From assembly GCA_053919585.1 (NCBI GenBank), contig CM132793.1: 64,000 bases of DNA; one strand, given 5' to 3'. The translations under genes were made by a program, and so were the position numbers. Every line of letters begins with the position of its first letter. The stretch's first letter is position 1. Shown here in pieces: positions 10,960 to 25,453 of the stretch. Below the pieces are notes generated by a model. It worked only from the letters and a program-made list of their open reading frames with translations, did no database searches and was not told the origin of the DNA. The stretch comes from Euprymna scolopes (Eukaryota).

Positions 10960-13900
10960 ATCCGATTTTCTCTTAACATTTTCCTGTGATCTTCACTACA
11001 TGATTATGTCGCCATGTTCGCCAATCAAGTCTTAGTGAACAGTGTGTTAGAATGTGTTTTACTGTTCCTATTTGGCCGCACTTCAATTTATATCCATGCT
11101 TCTGCTTTCAGCTTTTGGTGAAAGAAGTTGATTTTTATTAAAAATGATAACTTTCTTATCACTCACGCTCAGACTTCTTTTTTTTACTAATTCTCTTCTT
11201 AACGACTATTGTCCCCCATTGTAAACATTGTCCTTATACACTATTCCGTACTAACCGTACTTCACCTTTTCCGTTCATATTCTTCAGTATTTCATTCATA
11301 AGAGCTTTCTTTCTTTTGCACATTCTTCCTCGTATATTTGTACTGAGCCGTTTATATTTCTTTCTCTGCATTCCATTTTCTTCTATCTGAGCTTGCGGTG
11401 GGCGCTCTCTGATCGTTCTAACTGTCATAATTGTTACAATATTCCCACTTTTATTTTCTGCCACTACTAGTACAAAAAGTAGCTTATTTGGTGCCGTGTC
11501 CGTATGGTACTCATACTGTTATTATTTTCGGTAGTCCTCGCCATTATCGCCTGTAACAGTTCCATCGTTGTTTGCTTCTTTCATCTATTAGAGGCGTGAT
11601 GTCGTAGATAATAATCTTGGATACAGCACACAGGCAACTATGTTTTATAAAGCGTATTCAGTGACTGCATGTGACTCCCTAACTTGTTTCTATCGTTTAG
11701 TGTCGTTTGATATAATCTATTATGACTGTCCGTTCTCATTTCCTTAACACTTGGTATTATTTTCATTTTCGATCAAATATGTCATTTCTATTCAAAAGCC
11801 GTTCACAGGCGTGACACGGATTGATTTCTTCGTCCATAACTTAATTCTTGACCATGCAATCAACTCATTCAAAATTTATAAGATCTATCTAATTTACTTT
11901 TTTCCTTTACTTAGTACTGTCATTTCGTCTATAACTTATCTTAATTCTTTTGTGGTCATGATATTATTAAGTGTACCAGATTTTCGTATAATTTTTATCA
12001 CTATGACGAATAGAATAACTGTTAATGTTAATCCAGCTAAAATGCCAATTTCTAATCTGTGACACACCGTTTTTTTACATGCTGGTCACCACTTATCAAG
12101 GTCCAGAGGCCACTCGGGGATAAGGGTTATTGCGTGTACAGTAATCAATGGGATAATATCGTAGTAATCGTTAGTATTGGAGATTTGATAAAGTGTCTTA
12201 CTGAAGGGGACGGTTCATCAGAGATTTGTTTATGTTGGACTTGACATCCAAGTTGTAGTCAAGTGGGAAACAGGCAAACGGAACAGAGTTCCACAGGCAT
12301 GCACTTATAAGAAAGAAGCTTTGTTCATGGAATCTACCTTTTGATTTAGGCACAGATAAAGAGTGGGGAAAATTATTGACAGTGGTTTCAGCTAGACGGT
12401 TGTTTATCGTGAAAGATTGACGAGGGGGGACCAAAAATTGGAGCTCAGACGAGCACTTGCCATGGAAGTAACGATAAAACAAAGACAGGCTCGCAACGTC
12501 TGTTCTGTGGGAAAGAGGTTACAGGGAAGAGAAAAGGGCCTCCCCCACTAAGCCACGAAGTCTATTTTGTACTCTGCCAAGGCAGGATAGGCTGTTTTAA
12601 GCAGCTTCTGACCAGAGATGACAGCAGTACTCCATCCTTGGGCGTACTTGGCTTTTAAATAGATAGAGAATTGCATCAGTTTTATGTATGCGCGTTGCAA
12701 ATTCCATCTTAAACAAATCACAATGCTTCCTGATCACATCTCTTAGTTCTTTTAAAGACTAAAAAACAGTTTATCACGTGTGCATGTTACACTGACCTAT
12801 ACGTGTTTGCAAGGTCAAGCCATACTACCAACAAATCGTTTTTCTGTTTTCTGGATTTCATTCCATACGGAAAAGGCATGTAAAAATATCCAGGAATTCA
12901 AGGAACCCCTTCGTTCTGATTTAGTTCATCGATATAGTCATTTTCTGTTACAACTATTTTGATTCTCTATGCAAATACTCTGTACGAGAGTTTTCTGTTG
13001 CTGTATAATAAGGTTTGAATGGCGTAGTGCTTTTGATACCGCGTCGTTTTGGAGAGAAATTCTTTCTGCTATGCACAATCTTTCGGTGAAATTTCTTGTC
13101 CTTCAACTTTCTCCGATTAACAAAAAAAATCTATTCTCAGTTATCAACTTTTATTTAAAAAATTTTTAAAAGGCAACATAGTTCTCTGATGTACTCTTTA
13201 CTCTAAAATTCATTGCATTACTTCTTTGTTTCTCAATTCTTCAATATGGAATTTTCTCTCTGGCGCCATATTTTCTTTATGCTATTGATCTTTGACAATA
13301 TTTCCTGATGCGTGGATCTGCGTGTGTTTTTTTTCAAGCATTCCTGTCTTAATTGTTTCGAACATTCTAACTTTTACAAATGAACTTTTGTCGAACCTGT
13401 TTGAATTCTTAAGGACACATTTTTTCTCTTTTTCGTTCTGCTCTTTTCCTTCAGCAACAGATTTCTGTGTTTCATCACTGTTGGTTCATATCGCACTTTT
13501 AATACTTCTTGTTCATGTTCTTCGAATTAGATCCCTCTGATCTTAAGTTTTTTCTTTTCACTTTTAACTTTATTGACTTTTTTGTCTTGTTATCGTTAGT
13601 CTCTCATATTTTATTCTTTAAATTGACTTGTTTTTCTCTTTATTTTATATATTATGCAAGTAACTCGTTGTTGATTTTATTTTTCCCACTGGGTTATTCA
13701 TGTCGTTGCCAGATTTATTCATCCACTTTTGCCCACTTTTTTGACTACTTTTTGGGTATAGTCTTAATCATTTTCTTATATTTATGAATTAAGGTGTTCT
13801 TTCTACTATCGTTTGAATCGCGAGGAATTATTCTTACTATTTCACATTCTGTTGATGTTGAGTCGCTGAGTAATATTTTTATTGTAGTTCTAACACCTTT
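10960..13900 (-). mobile_element. Highly decayed R2/Hero-type RLE non-LTR retrotransposon, interrupted by a CR1 fragment
   Basis: Minus-strand motifs in collinear order: VVWLDLANTYRSV (~12790-12830), LEIGILAGLTLTVILF (~12010-12055), MDE (~11830), WRGLPK (~11535), RRKWNAE (~11370), and zinc-knuckle GTVKHILTHCS..TWRHNHV (~11000-11070). Boundaries are approximate. Confidence 0.65.
12063..12680 (-). mobile_element. CR1-group LINE 3' fragment
   Basis: QVRPRMEYCCHLWS and LFYRYFHGKCSSEL...SFF..LWNS, homologous to the C-terminus of 5746-7173. The 3'UTR ends in a short A-rich tail near 12070. Confidence 0.85.
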
Positions 13901-13984
13901 AAAGAATCGTTTGAACTATTTCGATTATTTACTCTACTTTTCCCATTTTTATTGTTATACTAGACTACGTAACCCGCTGGATCA

Positions 13985-14625
13985 GTATATAATATCATAT
14001 AGTATATGATATTGTATATAGTATACGATATAGTATATAATATCATATAGTATATGATATTATATATAGTATATCATATTATATATAGTATATAGAATAT
14101 GATATAGTATATAATATATGATATAGTATATAATATGATATAGTATATGCTATATTATATAGTATATGATATAATATATAATATCATATAGTATATGATA
14201 TAATATATAGTATATGATACAGTATATAATATATGATATAGTATATAATATCATATATAGTATATCATATATAGTATATATTATATATAGTATATAATAC
14301 TTTATATAGTAGTTAGTATATGATATAGTATATAATATATTATATAGTATATAATACATGATATAAAAAGTATAAAATATGTGTAAAATATATAATATAA
14401 AATAATATAAAATAATATAACATATATATATATTATATAATATATAATATATAGTGTATAATATCATATATAGTATATAGCATATGATATAGTATATAAT
14501 ATGATATAGTATATAATATGATATAGTATATAATATATGATATATTATATGATATGATATAGTATATGATATAGTATATACTGTATGATATAGTATATAT
14601 ATCATATGGTATATCAGTATATATA
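13985..14625. repeat. AT-rich degenerate minisatellite (ATATGATATAGTATATA-like units)
   Basis: Direct observation. The I/Y-rich ORF here is spurious. Confidence 0.85.
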
Positions 14626-15269
14626 GTTGGAGCTAGCTATGGAATATGGAGTGTACAGAATTAATATGTCAAATGCATCTGAATTAATGGAAAAATGAGC
14701 GAAAATTAATGTATGCGCGAAAACAATACGAAATACATTGAATAATAAAGGTTGTAACATCATTGTTCTTAGATTAATTGAAATTAATTCATAGTATAAG
14801 AGGGGTGTAATCTTATGATAAAAATGGAAAAATGTGATAAGAAAAAATACAAGGAGGGAGTGTGTATCTTTGGTAGAGAGAGTTTGGCCATCTTAGTTTT
14901 TTGTGTGTAAACAGCTTTAAAATATAAATAATTAAGTAATATTTAATGGTGAGACCTGTTCGAAGAAAATCATGTCCAAAACTAAATGTTTTAACTTATT
15001 CCATGTTTTAATCTAATGAAGTATATTGCGCTTCTGTTTAGATACCTTAAACATAATTGCGTTTAACTAAGTTCTATTCAATTTACAAGTATTCTATGAA
15101 AAAAAGAACTCCATATTCAATAAACAAGTAAGGATAATAAAATAGTAAAAACATTGAATTGGATGTAAAAAAATTAATTCCCCCTATATCTTCAAACCAT
15201 CAGAATGAATCAACGTCATCTATAAGTTCAAATACACGCTGTGAGAGTGTAACTCCTATAATAACAAAA

Positions 15270-18200
15270 GAAAAACAGTGGTTACGTCGGTTACCTCGGG
15301 TACACAACGACCACGCTATCCCGTCGCCTTACCATGCATAATGTAGAATCTAGTGCTACATTACAACATTTACCGAAAAACATAACTGCCGAAGTTAGAG
15401 AAATTTTAGTCAGCGCACTGCAGCTGTCTGGGTATCCAATATCGCAGTCGAAAAAAAAAAGAATGTAGAACAATTTTTATCTTGGGTCTTCGAATAGACG
15501 CACAGTTCGAGATAGTGACTCAGTGCCAGAGCGAAAAACAGTCCTCATCTCTCTTGAACTAAAATGATATAATATTAGAATGGTGGCTCTTAGCGAAACT
15601 CGACTAGCAAATGTGTCACAAATGACTGAAATGAAAAGTGGATACGATTATATCTGGAGTGGTAAAAAAGAAACTGAACCTCACCAGTCATGTGTGGGTT
15701 TTGCTATTAAATCTTCCTTTATTCGCAATCTTTCTTTTCTACCCATGGATGTATCAGATAAAATTAGTAAACTGATTTGGAGTTGGAGCATAGTACAAGT
15801 AGAGCTCTTGTAAGTTGCTATGCTCCAATTTTGAACAATCCTGAACAAGACAAGGATACCTTTTACAACCAACTTCCAGATGTTATATCTTGCATTCGGC
15901 ATACGAACAAAATCATCCTGATGGGCGATATCAATGCTAGGGTTGGAAATGATTGTCAGTCATGGAGTGGTGTTTTGGGTTCTCATGGTACCGGCTTTGT
16001 GAATGCAAAATGCAAATGGACTCTGCCTTCTTTCTTTTTGTGAAGAATATGGTTTAGGCATAACAAACGCTTAAGTCCAGCATCCACGACCAAAATATTG
16101 GCATTTGTTAGATGATATGATGACAAAACAAAACCGGGCGTGAATGACTTTAGTATAACAAGGTCATTTCACACCTGTTACCTTTCGGATCATGCCCAAC
16201 TTCGAAGCAAAGTGAAACTGCATCTATATCACAGGATGGTGAAGAAGTGTCAAATCCCAAAAGGCATAAACACACTTCCACATAAATGTGTTGAAGAACG
16301 ACTAAGACTTGAAGAAAGCATGGCTGTAGCACTTAACTCAGTGGACATAAACTTCGGACATTGAATCACCCTGGAAGGCTTTACGGGAGGCTGCGCATGC
16401 CAACTCTCTTGAGATACTTGGTCTACCTAAGCAACAGGACTGGTTCGACAACAACAATGATGGAATACAGGAGCTTATTCAAGGGACGCACATTTCTTAT
16501 AAGGTATGAATTGAAGATAAGAACTCCTCAGGAAAAAAGAAGGCATACACTAGTTGTAAATACCAAATTTAGAAAGCCTTAAGAGCGATGAAAGAGGCAT
16601 AGTGGTCCCAAAAGGTTACCTCTCTGCAAGAAGTTTTTGACAGAAAGGATCCAAACGCATTCTATGACGACATGAAAAGAGTATTTGGTAATTAAGAAAA
16701 TGGTGTCTTTCTCTACTGAAAGTGATCTTTTGATCGATAAGAACGATATCCTGAAAAGATGTAAAGAACACTTTGATTTCGTCTTGAAAAATGCCTCCTC
16801 TACCAATGAAGATATGCTTTATTCAATATCTCAGTGACCTGATATTCCGGAGCTCTCGTTTGAATAGACATTGCAGGAGGGTTTGAGAGCTATTAAGCAA
16901 ATTTTTGCTGAAAAATCACTGATCAAAGATATCATCTCACCAGGAATTTTCAAATACGAAGGATCAACACTGGCTAAGAAGCTTCTGCGCTTATTTATTG
17001 AGATTTAGAGACATGGGATGGTCCCACAAGACTTTAAAGTCAATCCATTCACCATCTGTGTGAAAATAAAGGCAACAAAAATATGTGAGAATCGTCGGGG
17101 AATTTTTCTATTGTCTCTGACTGGAAAAATCTTGACTGATTTTGAATTGATAGTTGATGACATCTACCCTGAATGTCAGTGTGGCTTTCGTGCAGGTCGC
17201 GGCACCTTTGATATGATTTTCTCCTTAGGGTAGGTTCTTGAGAAGGTTCGCAATAAGAATCAGGGGTTGTATGTGGTGTTCGTGGACCAAACGAAGGCGT
17301 TTGATACAGTGAACGGCGCTGTTTTGTGGAAAATTTTGAGGAAAGCAGGAATACCAGTGAATATGTTGAATATGATGGGATGAAGGCCGAGGTGTCGAAT
17401 GGTGAATCACCAGATTCCTTTCGGCACAAAACAATGTTATGTTATGGTCCCTGTTCTTTTCGCTCTCTACTTTTCTGTCATGCTAATGCATGCATTTGCA
17501 GAGGTGGAAGATGGCGTTTAACTCCAATTCAGAATAAGTGAAGGTCTTTTTAACCACCAACGGCGAAGACTCGGACAAGGACCAGCATAATCCGGGGTCT
17601 GATGTTTGCTAACACTGTAACTCTGGTGGCAATTTCTTGAAGAAGCTGGGCCCGTAGTGGGTAGGCTCTCTTCTGCTTGCAAAGCTTTCGGTCTGACCAT
17701 CAGCATAAATAATGGAGGTTGTTTACCAGCCTGCACCCAGACAAGGCGTGAAACAAAACACACCTGTACACAGGGTCCCTGAGGTACCAATACATGTTGA
17801 TGGGACTGAACTCAAGTGAAGAATTTTAACTATTTTGGTAGTAACGTTAATTCAAGTAAAACTTTGGATGAGAAAATTATCAATAGAATTGCAAAAGCGT
17901 CTAGTGCAAACTTTGGAATGACATGGGTATTTGTCTTCAGACAAAAATACAAATGTACAATGTTATCGTTCTCACTGATTTTCTTTATGGATCGGAGTCA
18001 TGGATCCTGTATCGTAGACACATTCAGCAGCTGAACGTTATTCACAAGGGATGTCTTCGAGCAATCTGTGGATTAATCCTTGAAGACAGAAGATCCAATC
18101 CTGATTTTTTAATGGTGTGTAGCATTGCTGGAATTAGGATATTTCTTCTGAGGACACATTTACGATGGGCTGGTCATGTTTTACGGATGCAAAATGTTAA

Positions 18201-18290
18201 GATTCTCATGTGCAGTCAGCTTGAAGATGGTCACCGGAATGTTGGCCGACTATTCCTCCGATTTAACGATAATAATGATTATTAGGAAAC
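15270..18290 (+). mobile_element. Near full-length degenerate RTE (BovB-like) LINE: AP endonuclease plus RT
   Basis: VALSETRL, VGFAIK, CYAP, LMGDINARVG, SDH, QDWFDNN, RGIFLLS, PECQCGFRAGRGTFDMIF, FVDQTKAFDTV, LYGSESW and LRWAGHVLRM occur in order, with many stops and frameshifts. Confidence 0.9.
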
Positions 18291-18397
18291 CCATCTCCTT
18301 ACTGCTAGGCTTTTGTTCAAATCATGCTGTGAAATGCGACAGAAAATACTGAAATTATAAGTGTTAATGGTTTTATATTGCCAAACGCACGCATAGT

Positions 18398-18455
<58 letters not shown>
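18398..18455. repeat. (CT)n(AT)n compound microsatellite
   Basis: Direct observation. Confidence 0.95.
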
Positions 18456-18456
<1 letters not shown>

Positions 18457-19162
18457 TAGCAAAAGTACCCGTCGTTGGCGTGGTTCAAAAACAGCCCACA
18501 GAAAATGGACTCTGATTTATGAAAGTATGATAGGTTATGAAAAGGAAGGGTTGTAAAGAGATAGCTGCGAATTTGGGGGTATCAAAACCAAAGCAAAACA
18601 TGATGAAAGTAAAAATAAAATAGATAAACCCCATAAATTATTATACCATACCTGTTCACACAGAAACACTTATCACAATATTCTGTGGATCTATATAAAA
18701 AAAACTTGTTAAACTTTGTGACATATTTCCATTGTATGGAGGTAAGGTGCGAACGAACCCCCCATAATTTTATTTTTATTATACCATATTTCTTCAAAAT
18801 AAAGCATCATTATTAAATTATACTTACGCAGAAAGATATGAAAAGTCTTTAATAAAGTGTGTGCCTATTTCCATTCTATGGAGGCTAGGCGCGAACGCAG
18901 GCCCCCACAGTTTTATTATACCATCCCTATTTAAGATAAAACATACTTATTAAAGTATTCTTATGTACATCTATATCAAAAACACTTGTAAACTTTTTTT
19001 TAATTTTTAAATTTTTATTTCCATACTGCGTGGCCCAGGCGCGAACACAGACCCCACAATTTTAATGAACTACAGTTCTGCCAGATCAAACATATCCATT
19101 CCTGTGTCTCGATACATCTTCTATCATTATATGAAATCAGTTTTTTAAAATAGTCAACCATA
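18455..19162 (+). mobile_element. Helitron-like non-autonomous element with internal ~140-150 bp subrepeats
   Basis: Starts ACTAGCAAAAGTACCCGTCGTTGGCGTGG straight after (TA)n. The motif TTTCCAT...AGGCGCGAAC...CCCCA recurs at ~18727, ~18868 and ~19018. It runs into an N gap. Confidence 0.5.
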
Positions 19163-19399
19163 NNNNNNNNNNNNNNNNNNNNNNNNNNNNNNNNNNNNNN
19201 NNNNNNNNNNNNNNNNNNNNNNNNNNNNNNNNNNNNNNNNNNNNNNNNNNNNNNNNNNNNNNNNNNNNNNNNNNNNNNNNNNNNNNNNNNNNNNNNNNNN
19301 NNNNNNTGCATATAGATATACAGATATGTGTGGGTGTGGTAATATATAAACATGATTTGTATAGTTCAGCCGGAATCTGTTGGTAATGAACTTCTAGAT

Positions 19400-19715
19400 T
19401 AAGGTGAAGCTTAATATTCGAATATTTAAATTAGAAGTTCGAATTTTAATAAATACATTTGTAGATACAAGTTTTCTCATACAACATAGGTTGCCACATT
19501 GCAGGGATGGGGCAAGGGTTCGAACTTGGTTCACATTGCTGGACCTATTAGATTTGAGACTCGTTTATGGAGCTTGTCTAAGAGGAAGACACTAGTGATA
19601 GATGCACCAGCCCAGATGTTGCCACAATGTTGCATGCATGGACGAAGTACATCCTTATAAACATATAAGATTCTCGCTGGTGTATTTTTTAGCACAGTAG
19701 ATTGATCTCACATTT
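19400..19715 (-). mobile_element. Decayed CR1-group LINE 3' fragment
   Basis: Minus strand reads RPCMQHCGNIWAGASITS, homologous to RPCMEYCCHIWAGASATS of the 5746-7173 ORF. Confidence 0.7.
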
Positions 19716-19721
19716 TTGCAT

Positions 19722-19802
19722 AATGATGATGACGACGACGACGACGATGACGACGACGACGACGATGATGATGATGAGGATGATGATGAGGATGATGATG
19801 AT
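19722..19802. repeat. (GAC/GAT)n trinucleotide microsatellite
   Basis: Direct observation. Confidence 0.9.
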
Positions 19803-20189
19803 AATCAGAAATAGAACATTGGAATAAACGTCTTCTGTATATACAACAACTTAGATTACTACATACATTATCAACCTAATTAATGCAGTGATCAACTCAA
19901 TAATTACGAGACCAAAATAGAAACAAAATTCCGCCAAAGAATGTTAATGAATTCGTTTATAGTAAACGTGCAGAGGTATATAGTTGCTTGTATTTTCTAA
20001 AAAAAATATAGAGAGAAACTATTTCGTTACGTAAATAATTCGTAGTATTTGGATTATTCACACTGTTGGTCTCGTCATGAGTTTCAGTTTCACAGTGTTT
20101 CGATTTAAACTCCAATTTTTTTCAAATGTATCTTTTCGACAAACTTCCTGGATACTTCAGTAGTTTTACTGCCATATTCTCTCTCTCTT

Positions 20190-20225
<36 letters not shown>

Positions 20226-21770
20226 ATGTACTGAATTAAAAATTTAAACCTCGACTTAAAACAATTAGGTTGCATGCTCTCGTTCCGTCAGTAATAATTA
20301 TGAGTAGAAATCCTAAATAATTCACCTTATCCATACTAATTATGGTATTTCTTATTCTTTATTTTATTTTCCATCTGTGTTTCTCCTTATAAACGGGAGA
20401 ACAAATTGTTACAGACGATGTGAAATGATCATTAACAGTAATGTTGTGAGAAACGACCGTAGGACAAGCGATGAGCCACCTCAAAAGCAGATTTCTACAT
20501 GAAAAAAAATCCGTGGGAGCATAAATTAATTATATTCTATAAGCCTCAGCAAATTAACCAGAAGTTTTATCCTGAAAAATATATTTTAGGGCTAAATTTA
20601 TTGAAGTAATCGATTCGAATTAAACTCTTACGATTGGACAATAAAAATAGTGGTGTATTGCTTACAATGCCAAGCTTTAGATCTTCATGAGGACCATAAA
20701 AAATTGTTGCGGCTTGGCTAGAATGTATTACCCCTCTTTTATATTTACCAAATATGGTTTCTTCATATGACCATTTATTTGCAGAATAATATCAAGGTTA
20801 ATAAGTTTTTTTTGGATGACATAAAAAACACATTCGGGAGTTATTTGTCATGAAGTCACCGCACGTAAATGATATTTCAAATTGTAAAAAAGATGTGGAA
20901 ATACTGGTTTAAAAAATGATTCCATATTTTATTTATTACATATAGAATAACACAAGTTTAAAAACTTTATTTCCTATACAATTTTGCACGAACACGCTGA
21001 ATAGCCTGATCCATTAGATATTTTGAATTTTCAAAAAAAAAAAAAAATGGATACTCATTCTTTTTTTGCAGCAACATGTTTTGTTTGGATTATGCAAAAA
21101 TGTCCTTTTCTTTTGATTAAGTTCTGTGTTTGGAAATTTTCCTTGCAAGAATAAATTGATTTTTTGTTTTGTTTTTTTACATATTTATCAGTTACAATTT
21201 AATAACTTATTGGCTTCACTAGAGAAACACAATTAAACTTTAAGCTTACAAAAATATATTATTTACACAAACACATATAAGTTCACATAAAATTATTCTG
21301 AATTAAATAATATTTGTAATTTTTTCAGTCTTATATTTCAATGATATTTTATACGAACAGGTTTACTTTAAGTAAAGATGTTTGTATTTTGTACACACGT
21401 TCGATTGTAGTTTGATTTTCACAAATACAATCTATTACTTTATCATTGTTCGGTAATCAGTTGCTTCAACAAAAATTAAGATGACCTCGCATTTTTTATC
21501 ACAAACTAAATAAATTATTTAATTGCTTCACTTTTGTTTCATATTCTCAAATGCAATCATTCAGTTCTATTCTAATTTTATAATCGATCGCCTGAACAAA
21601 AAGTATTGCATTTAAAATATCGAAATAATATTTATTATATATTGTATCATATTCGCTTTCAAAAGCGGTTTTGAGCTAGTTGCTTTATATAACTGATATA
21701 GACAGACTTTAGGGACTGTAAAAACCTGTTGCATGGGTACGATTCACAAGCTGCAAGATTCAAGCGATGA

Positions 21771-22661
21771 AGTGCCTTCAATAAGTTTCAGACATTTCTC
21801 GTATGGGCACTTTTAATGATAGCGCACACATGAAAATCTTGTCTCTTTCAGAATTATATCCTCCGGCTGCAATGCACTTCTTCTACCGCTCTATCAACTC
21901 ATGGAAAGACCCATAGAAGTTTACATGTGTGCGCGTGTCAATGAACTTCGACACAGTCTTATCCCTCTCTTTAATTGCCTCAAAACGACAGCCTCTAAGG
22001 TTTTCCTTGAGCTTAGGGAATAATCAGAAGTCACAAGGTCTGAGCTATAGAGACAATGAGGACCCTTTTTGATGCTCATCTTGGTCAAATCGTCTTTGAC
22101 AAAGGTGGAGTTGCGGACTGGTGAATTCGCGTAGATCTTCCACATCGTAAGTTCCTTGCAAATAATCAAACTGTACACTTAATGGTTCTGTAAACACGCA
22201 ATGGTCCATATCCATCAAACTCTTTATTTGGCCAATTAACTCTGATGTGTTTAATGTTTTACTTCTTCCACACCTCTCACCATCTCTCACAGATTCCCTG
22301 CCTTCCTTGAATCTCTCATGCCACTTTAAAACAGATGCTCGATTCTTGTAAGATGGTTCAAAAGCAGCCTGAAGTATATTATACCTTTCTGTAGCATTTT
22401 TGTTAAGTTTAAAACAGTTTTTTTGCATATCGTTCTTCTAAATGTGCTCACATTCAGATTTCATTTTTAAAATTCACCAGCTGTGACAATCAGGTTTTAA
22501 TACGGTGTATTCCGAAGCCTACTGTAAATGTTCATTTGAACCCGAAATCCAAAATTAATCAGTCTTCTTTTAACATGCATAACAATAACTTAATTTTCAA
22601 AAATCTACATCAATTTTAAATGACTGTACCAAAACATGTCTGGAAACTCATTTAAGGCACT
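21771..22661 (-). mobile_element. Internally deleted mariner element with imperfect TIRs
   Basis: TIRs AGTGCCTTCAATAAGTTTCAGACAT (21771) and ATGTCTGGAAACTCATTTAAGGCACT (ends 22661). Carries the HTH region (CFKLNKNATE..WHERFKEGRESVRDGERCGR) and a C-terminal PHCLYSSDL (HPPYSPDL-like); the central catalytic part is missing. Confidence 0.85.
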
Positions 22662-23025
22662 TTTTAAGAAGGTTACTGTTTGTTGCTCATTTTGTTATTT
22701 AATCATTCCATAAAACAACGGTTTAATCAACATCACAATGTCCTCGCATTATTGTGAAGACAATTTGTACTGATATTCAATAAACATTCCCTAAAAGTAA
22801 TGTTTATTAGAAATAATCTTCGGTTCTACTTCTTCACGTAACATAGTTTTTTATTCAGCACGCGATAAGGAAGCATACAGCATAATTTCGCTTTTCTGAT
22901 CTCCTACTAATCATTTAGTTATTATTTTCATTCAAGAATACAGCGTTTTAGCGTTTAAACATAAATACGTTTCTAATTTACTTTCTTATCATTTTCTTCC
23001 TCTGTACTAGTAATAAAGCAAATAG

Positions 23026-23303
23026 ATTGGTTGATTGGTTGTTTTTGTTTTACGGCATATCAACCCTTTTCAGATTATTTAATGCCGAATCCAGTGATTT
23101 TGAAGAAAATTTTTTAAATAGAATATATTTCTTGTGTTCAAGTCGGTTTCTATTTAACCCATAGTTAGGACCCTAACAGGTACTACCACTCCGGGTTAGA
23201 GTTGGCCTGGGAGCAATGGCAATTAAAGAGTGGCTCCACACTCCTCAAAGCCCGCAAGCTGGGGCCTCACCACTGGATATAGTTTAAGGTCATATCCAGA
23301 ACC
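23026..23303 (-). mobile_element. SINE or 5'-truncated retroposon with a 12-bp target-site duplication
   Basis: TAAAGCAAATAG at 23014-23025 and 23304-23315 flanks the insert. TTGGTTGATTGGTT at the left end corresponds to an (AACC)-type 3' tail on the minus strand. Confidence 0.8.
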
Positions 23304-25155
23304 TAAAGCAAATAGGGTTTTGCACAGAATATACTATTTTAAGTGAATTATTTGCTAACAGATATTACTAATTTATATAGTGAATGTGTCGACAAATATT
23401 TTCTTTTTCATTTATTTGTTACTCGGTCGAATATAAACATTATTCTCTTACCGTGCCACCAGGTAAACAATTATCTATTATAATAAAGTCGTTTTTCCGT
23501 CTTTATTCTTCACAGTTAGATTAATATATACAAATATGGAATGGTTCACAAATTAATTTTCATACTGAAAACGGACTTAAATACACTATTATTCCAGCAT
23601 GATCTTTATATATACTATTTATTGGAATGAAATCTACATTCAGGAAGTAACCTTATTTACATATTACATTATGTTATTTATATTATAAACATATTTAATT
23701 ATAAGTTCGATGTTATTAATATTTTTTAGTTATAGAATTGTTTTAATTGTATTTAAAATGACATTTAAAGTTTATTTATTTTTAATTTAATTTATTTTTT
23801 AATATTTTCTAAAAAAATGATAAATCAAACTAACTTCTGTGAAAATTGAATATTGTTAACCTTGATTTTGACTAACGTAAATATCATTGGCAGTGATATT
23901 TAATATCTCAATTCATATTTCTAGTCACGTAAATTATTAAGAGAAAAATAGATTGCGCTATTATTTACAAATAACTTATTCATACTTTAATCATACTTAT
24001 TTAAATATTTAAAAAAAATAATTCACTCAGTTATATAAAAGTATAAAAGTTAAATTGTAAATATTTCATCATTAATCCATTTGCTTTAAAAATTGAAATC
24101 TGCACATTGTAAAAAAATATCCGCCTTATTTGAGAGATATGTATTTTATTTATTTTGTCTGGTTTCAAGACTGTACCAGTGCAAAAATATGAATTTTAAT
24201 AGATTGTCACAGTGCAAAAATTCAAAATATTATATTTTTCAGTTTATCATTTTTAGCATTATAGAAGAGTGATATTGCTGGAGGGGTTGAAAAACAAATT
24301 TTTGTTTCCTTGAAGATTCAACGCATTTGGATTACACAATTTTTATATTCCATTCAAGGTCACATAGTTAAAGTTTAACAATTAATCTTTCAAAATTATA
24401 TTGCAAAATAAGAAAGAAATTTATATAGTTGAAGAGTAGATGGCAAAAACGATACTAAAAGTTCCCTGACAATGCTGGTAGCTTATCTAGTATAAGAATA
24501 AAAGTGTAACATGTATGAGTTAAAGTGAGGATTCTTCAGTTTTTCCCAGAAACGTCAGGTTACATGTCCCTCGTGTTGTCTATAAATGTAAGAGTAACAA
24601 AAATCGAAAGTACATTTAAAAAGTAGAAATAAGAAATAATAACGTCCGTAAAAAGACAATTACGTGCAAGTACAGCTAGTTAGCCACTTGCATCTCTGAT
24701 AAGTTTTATTAACTGAATTTCACAGAAGTTAATCAATATTAAAATGATGTTGGCGAAAGCACCGTTCCGAACGTTGAAAAGACTGCTGTAAAAACAACAA
24801 ACGGACTTCTACTGATTCTATGCCCCAACAACAACATAGCAAAAAAAAAGAAAGACATACTGATGATGAAGCGTATATTCGAAATATATTTATAAATTTT
24901 AATATAAATTTCAAACAAAATAAATATATGTTTACTTTGTGATAATGCGTTGTTTTGGCTTCAAACGTATCTGATACGTATTTATTTTATTCAAATTTTG
25001 ACGTTGTTTAATATCATTTTAAAATTTGAAACATCTAAACACTTCCATATAAGTAAAACAATAGATGTATGTATGTCTGTGTGTAAATATTTAAGAGATA
25101 AAGTAGTAGCCACATGACACTGAAATTTAAAAAAAGATAGTAATCGTACAGCAAG

Positions 25156-25453
25156 GATGGTTCACAACAAGTAAAATCTTTGGATGGTTCACAACAAGTA
25201 AAATCTTTGGATGGTTCACAACAAGTAAAATCTTTGGATGGTTCACAACAAGTAAAATCTTTGGATGGTTCACAAGTAAAATCTTTGGATGGTTCATAAC
25301 AAGTAAAATCTTTGGATGGTTCACAACAAGTAAAATCTTTGGATGGGCCACAACATGTAAAATCTTTGGATGGTTCACAACAAGTAAAATCTTTGGATGG
25401 TTCACAACAAGTAAAATCTTTGGATGGTTCACAACAAGTAAAATCTTTGGATG
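25156..25453. repeat. 27-bp minisatellite GGATGGTTCACAACAAGTAAAATCTTT, ~11 copies
   Basis: Direct observation. One unit has a 3-bp deletion. Confidence 0.95.

Noticed and set aside
14150-14605. I/Y-rich ORF, and similar ORFs at 7174-7388 and 26297-28034
   Set aside because: They are translations of microsatellites and low-complexity DNA.
24520-24562. GTGAGGA...GAAACGTCAGG hammerhead-like words
   Set aside because: There is no CUGA core and no convincing stem II.
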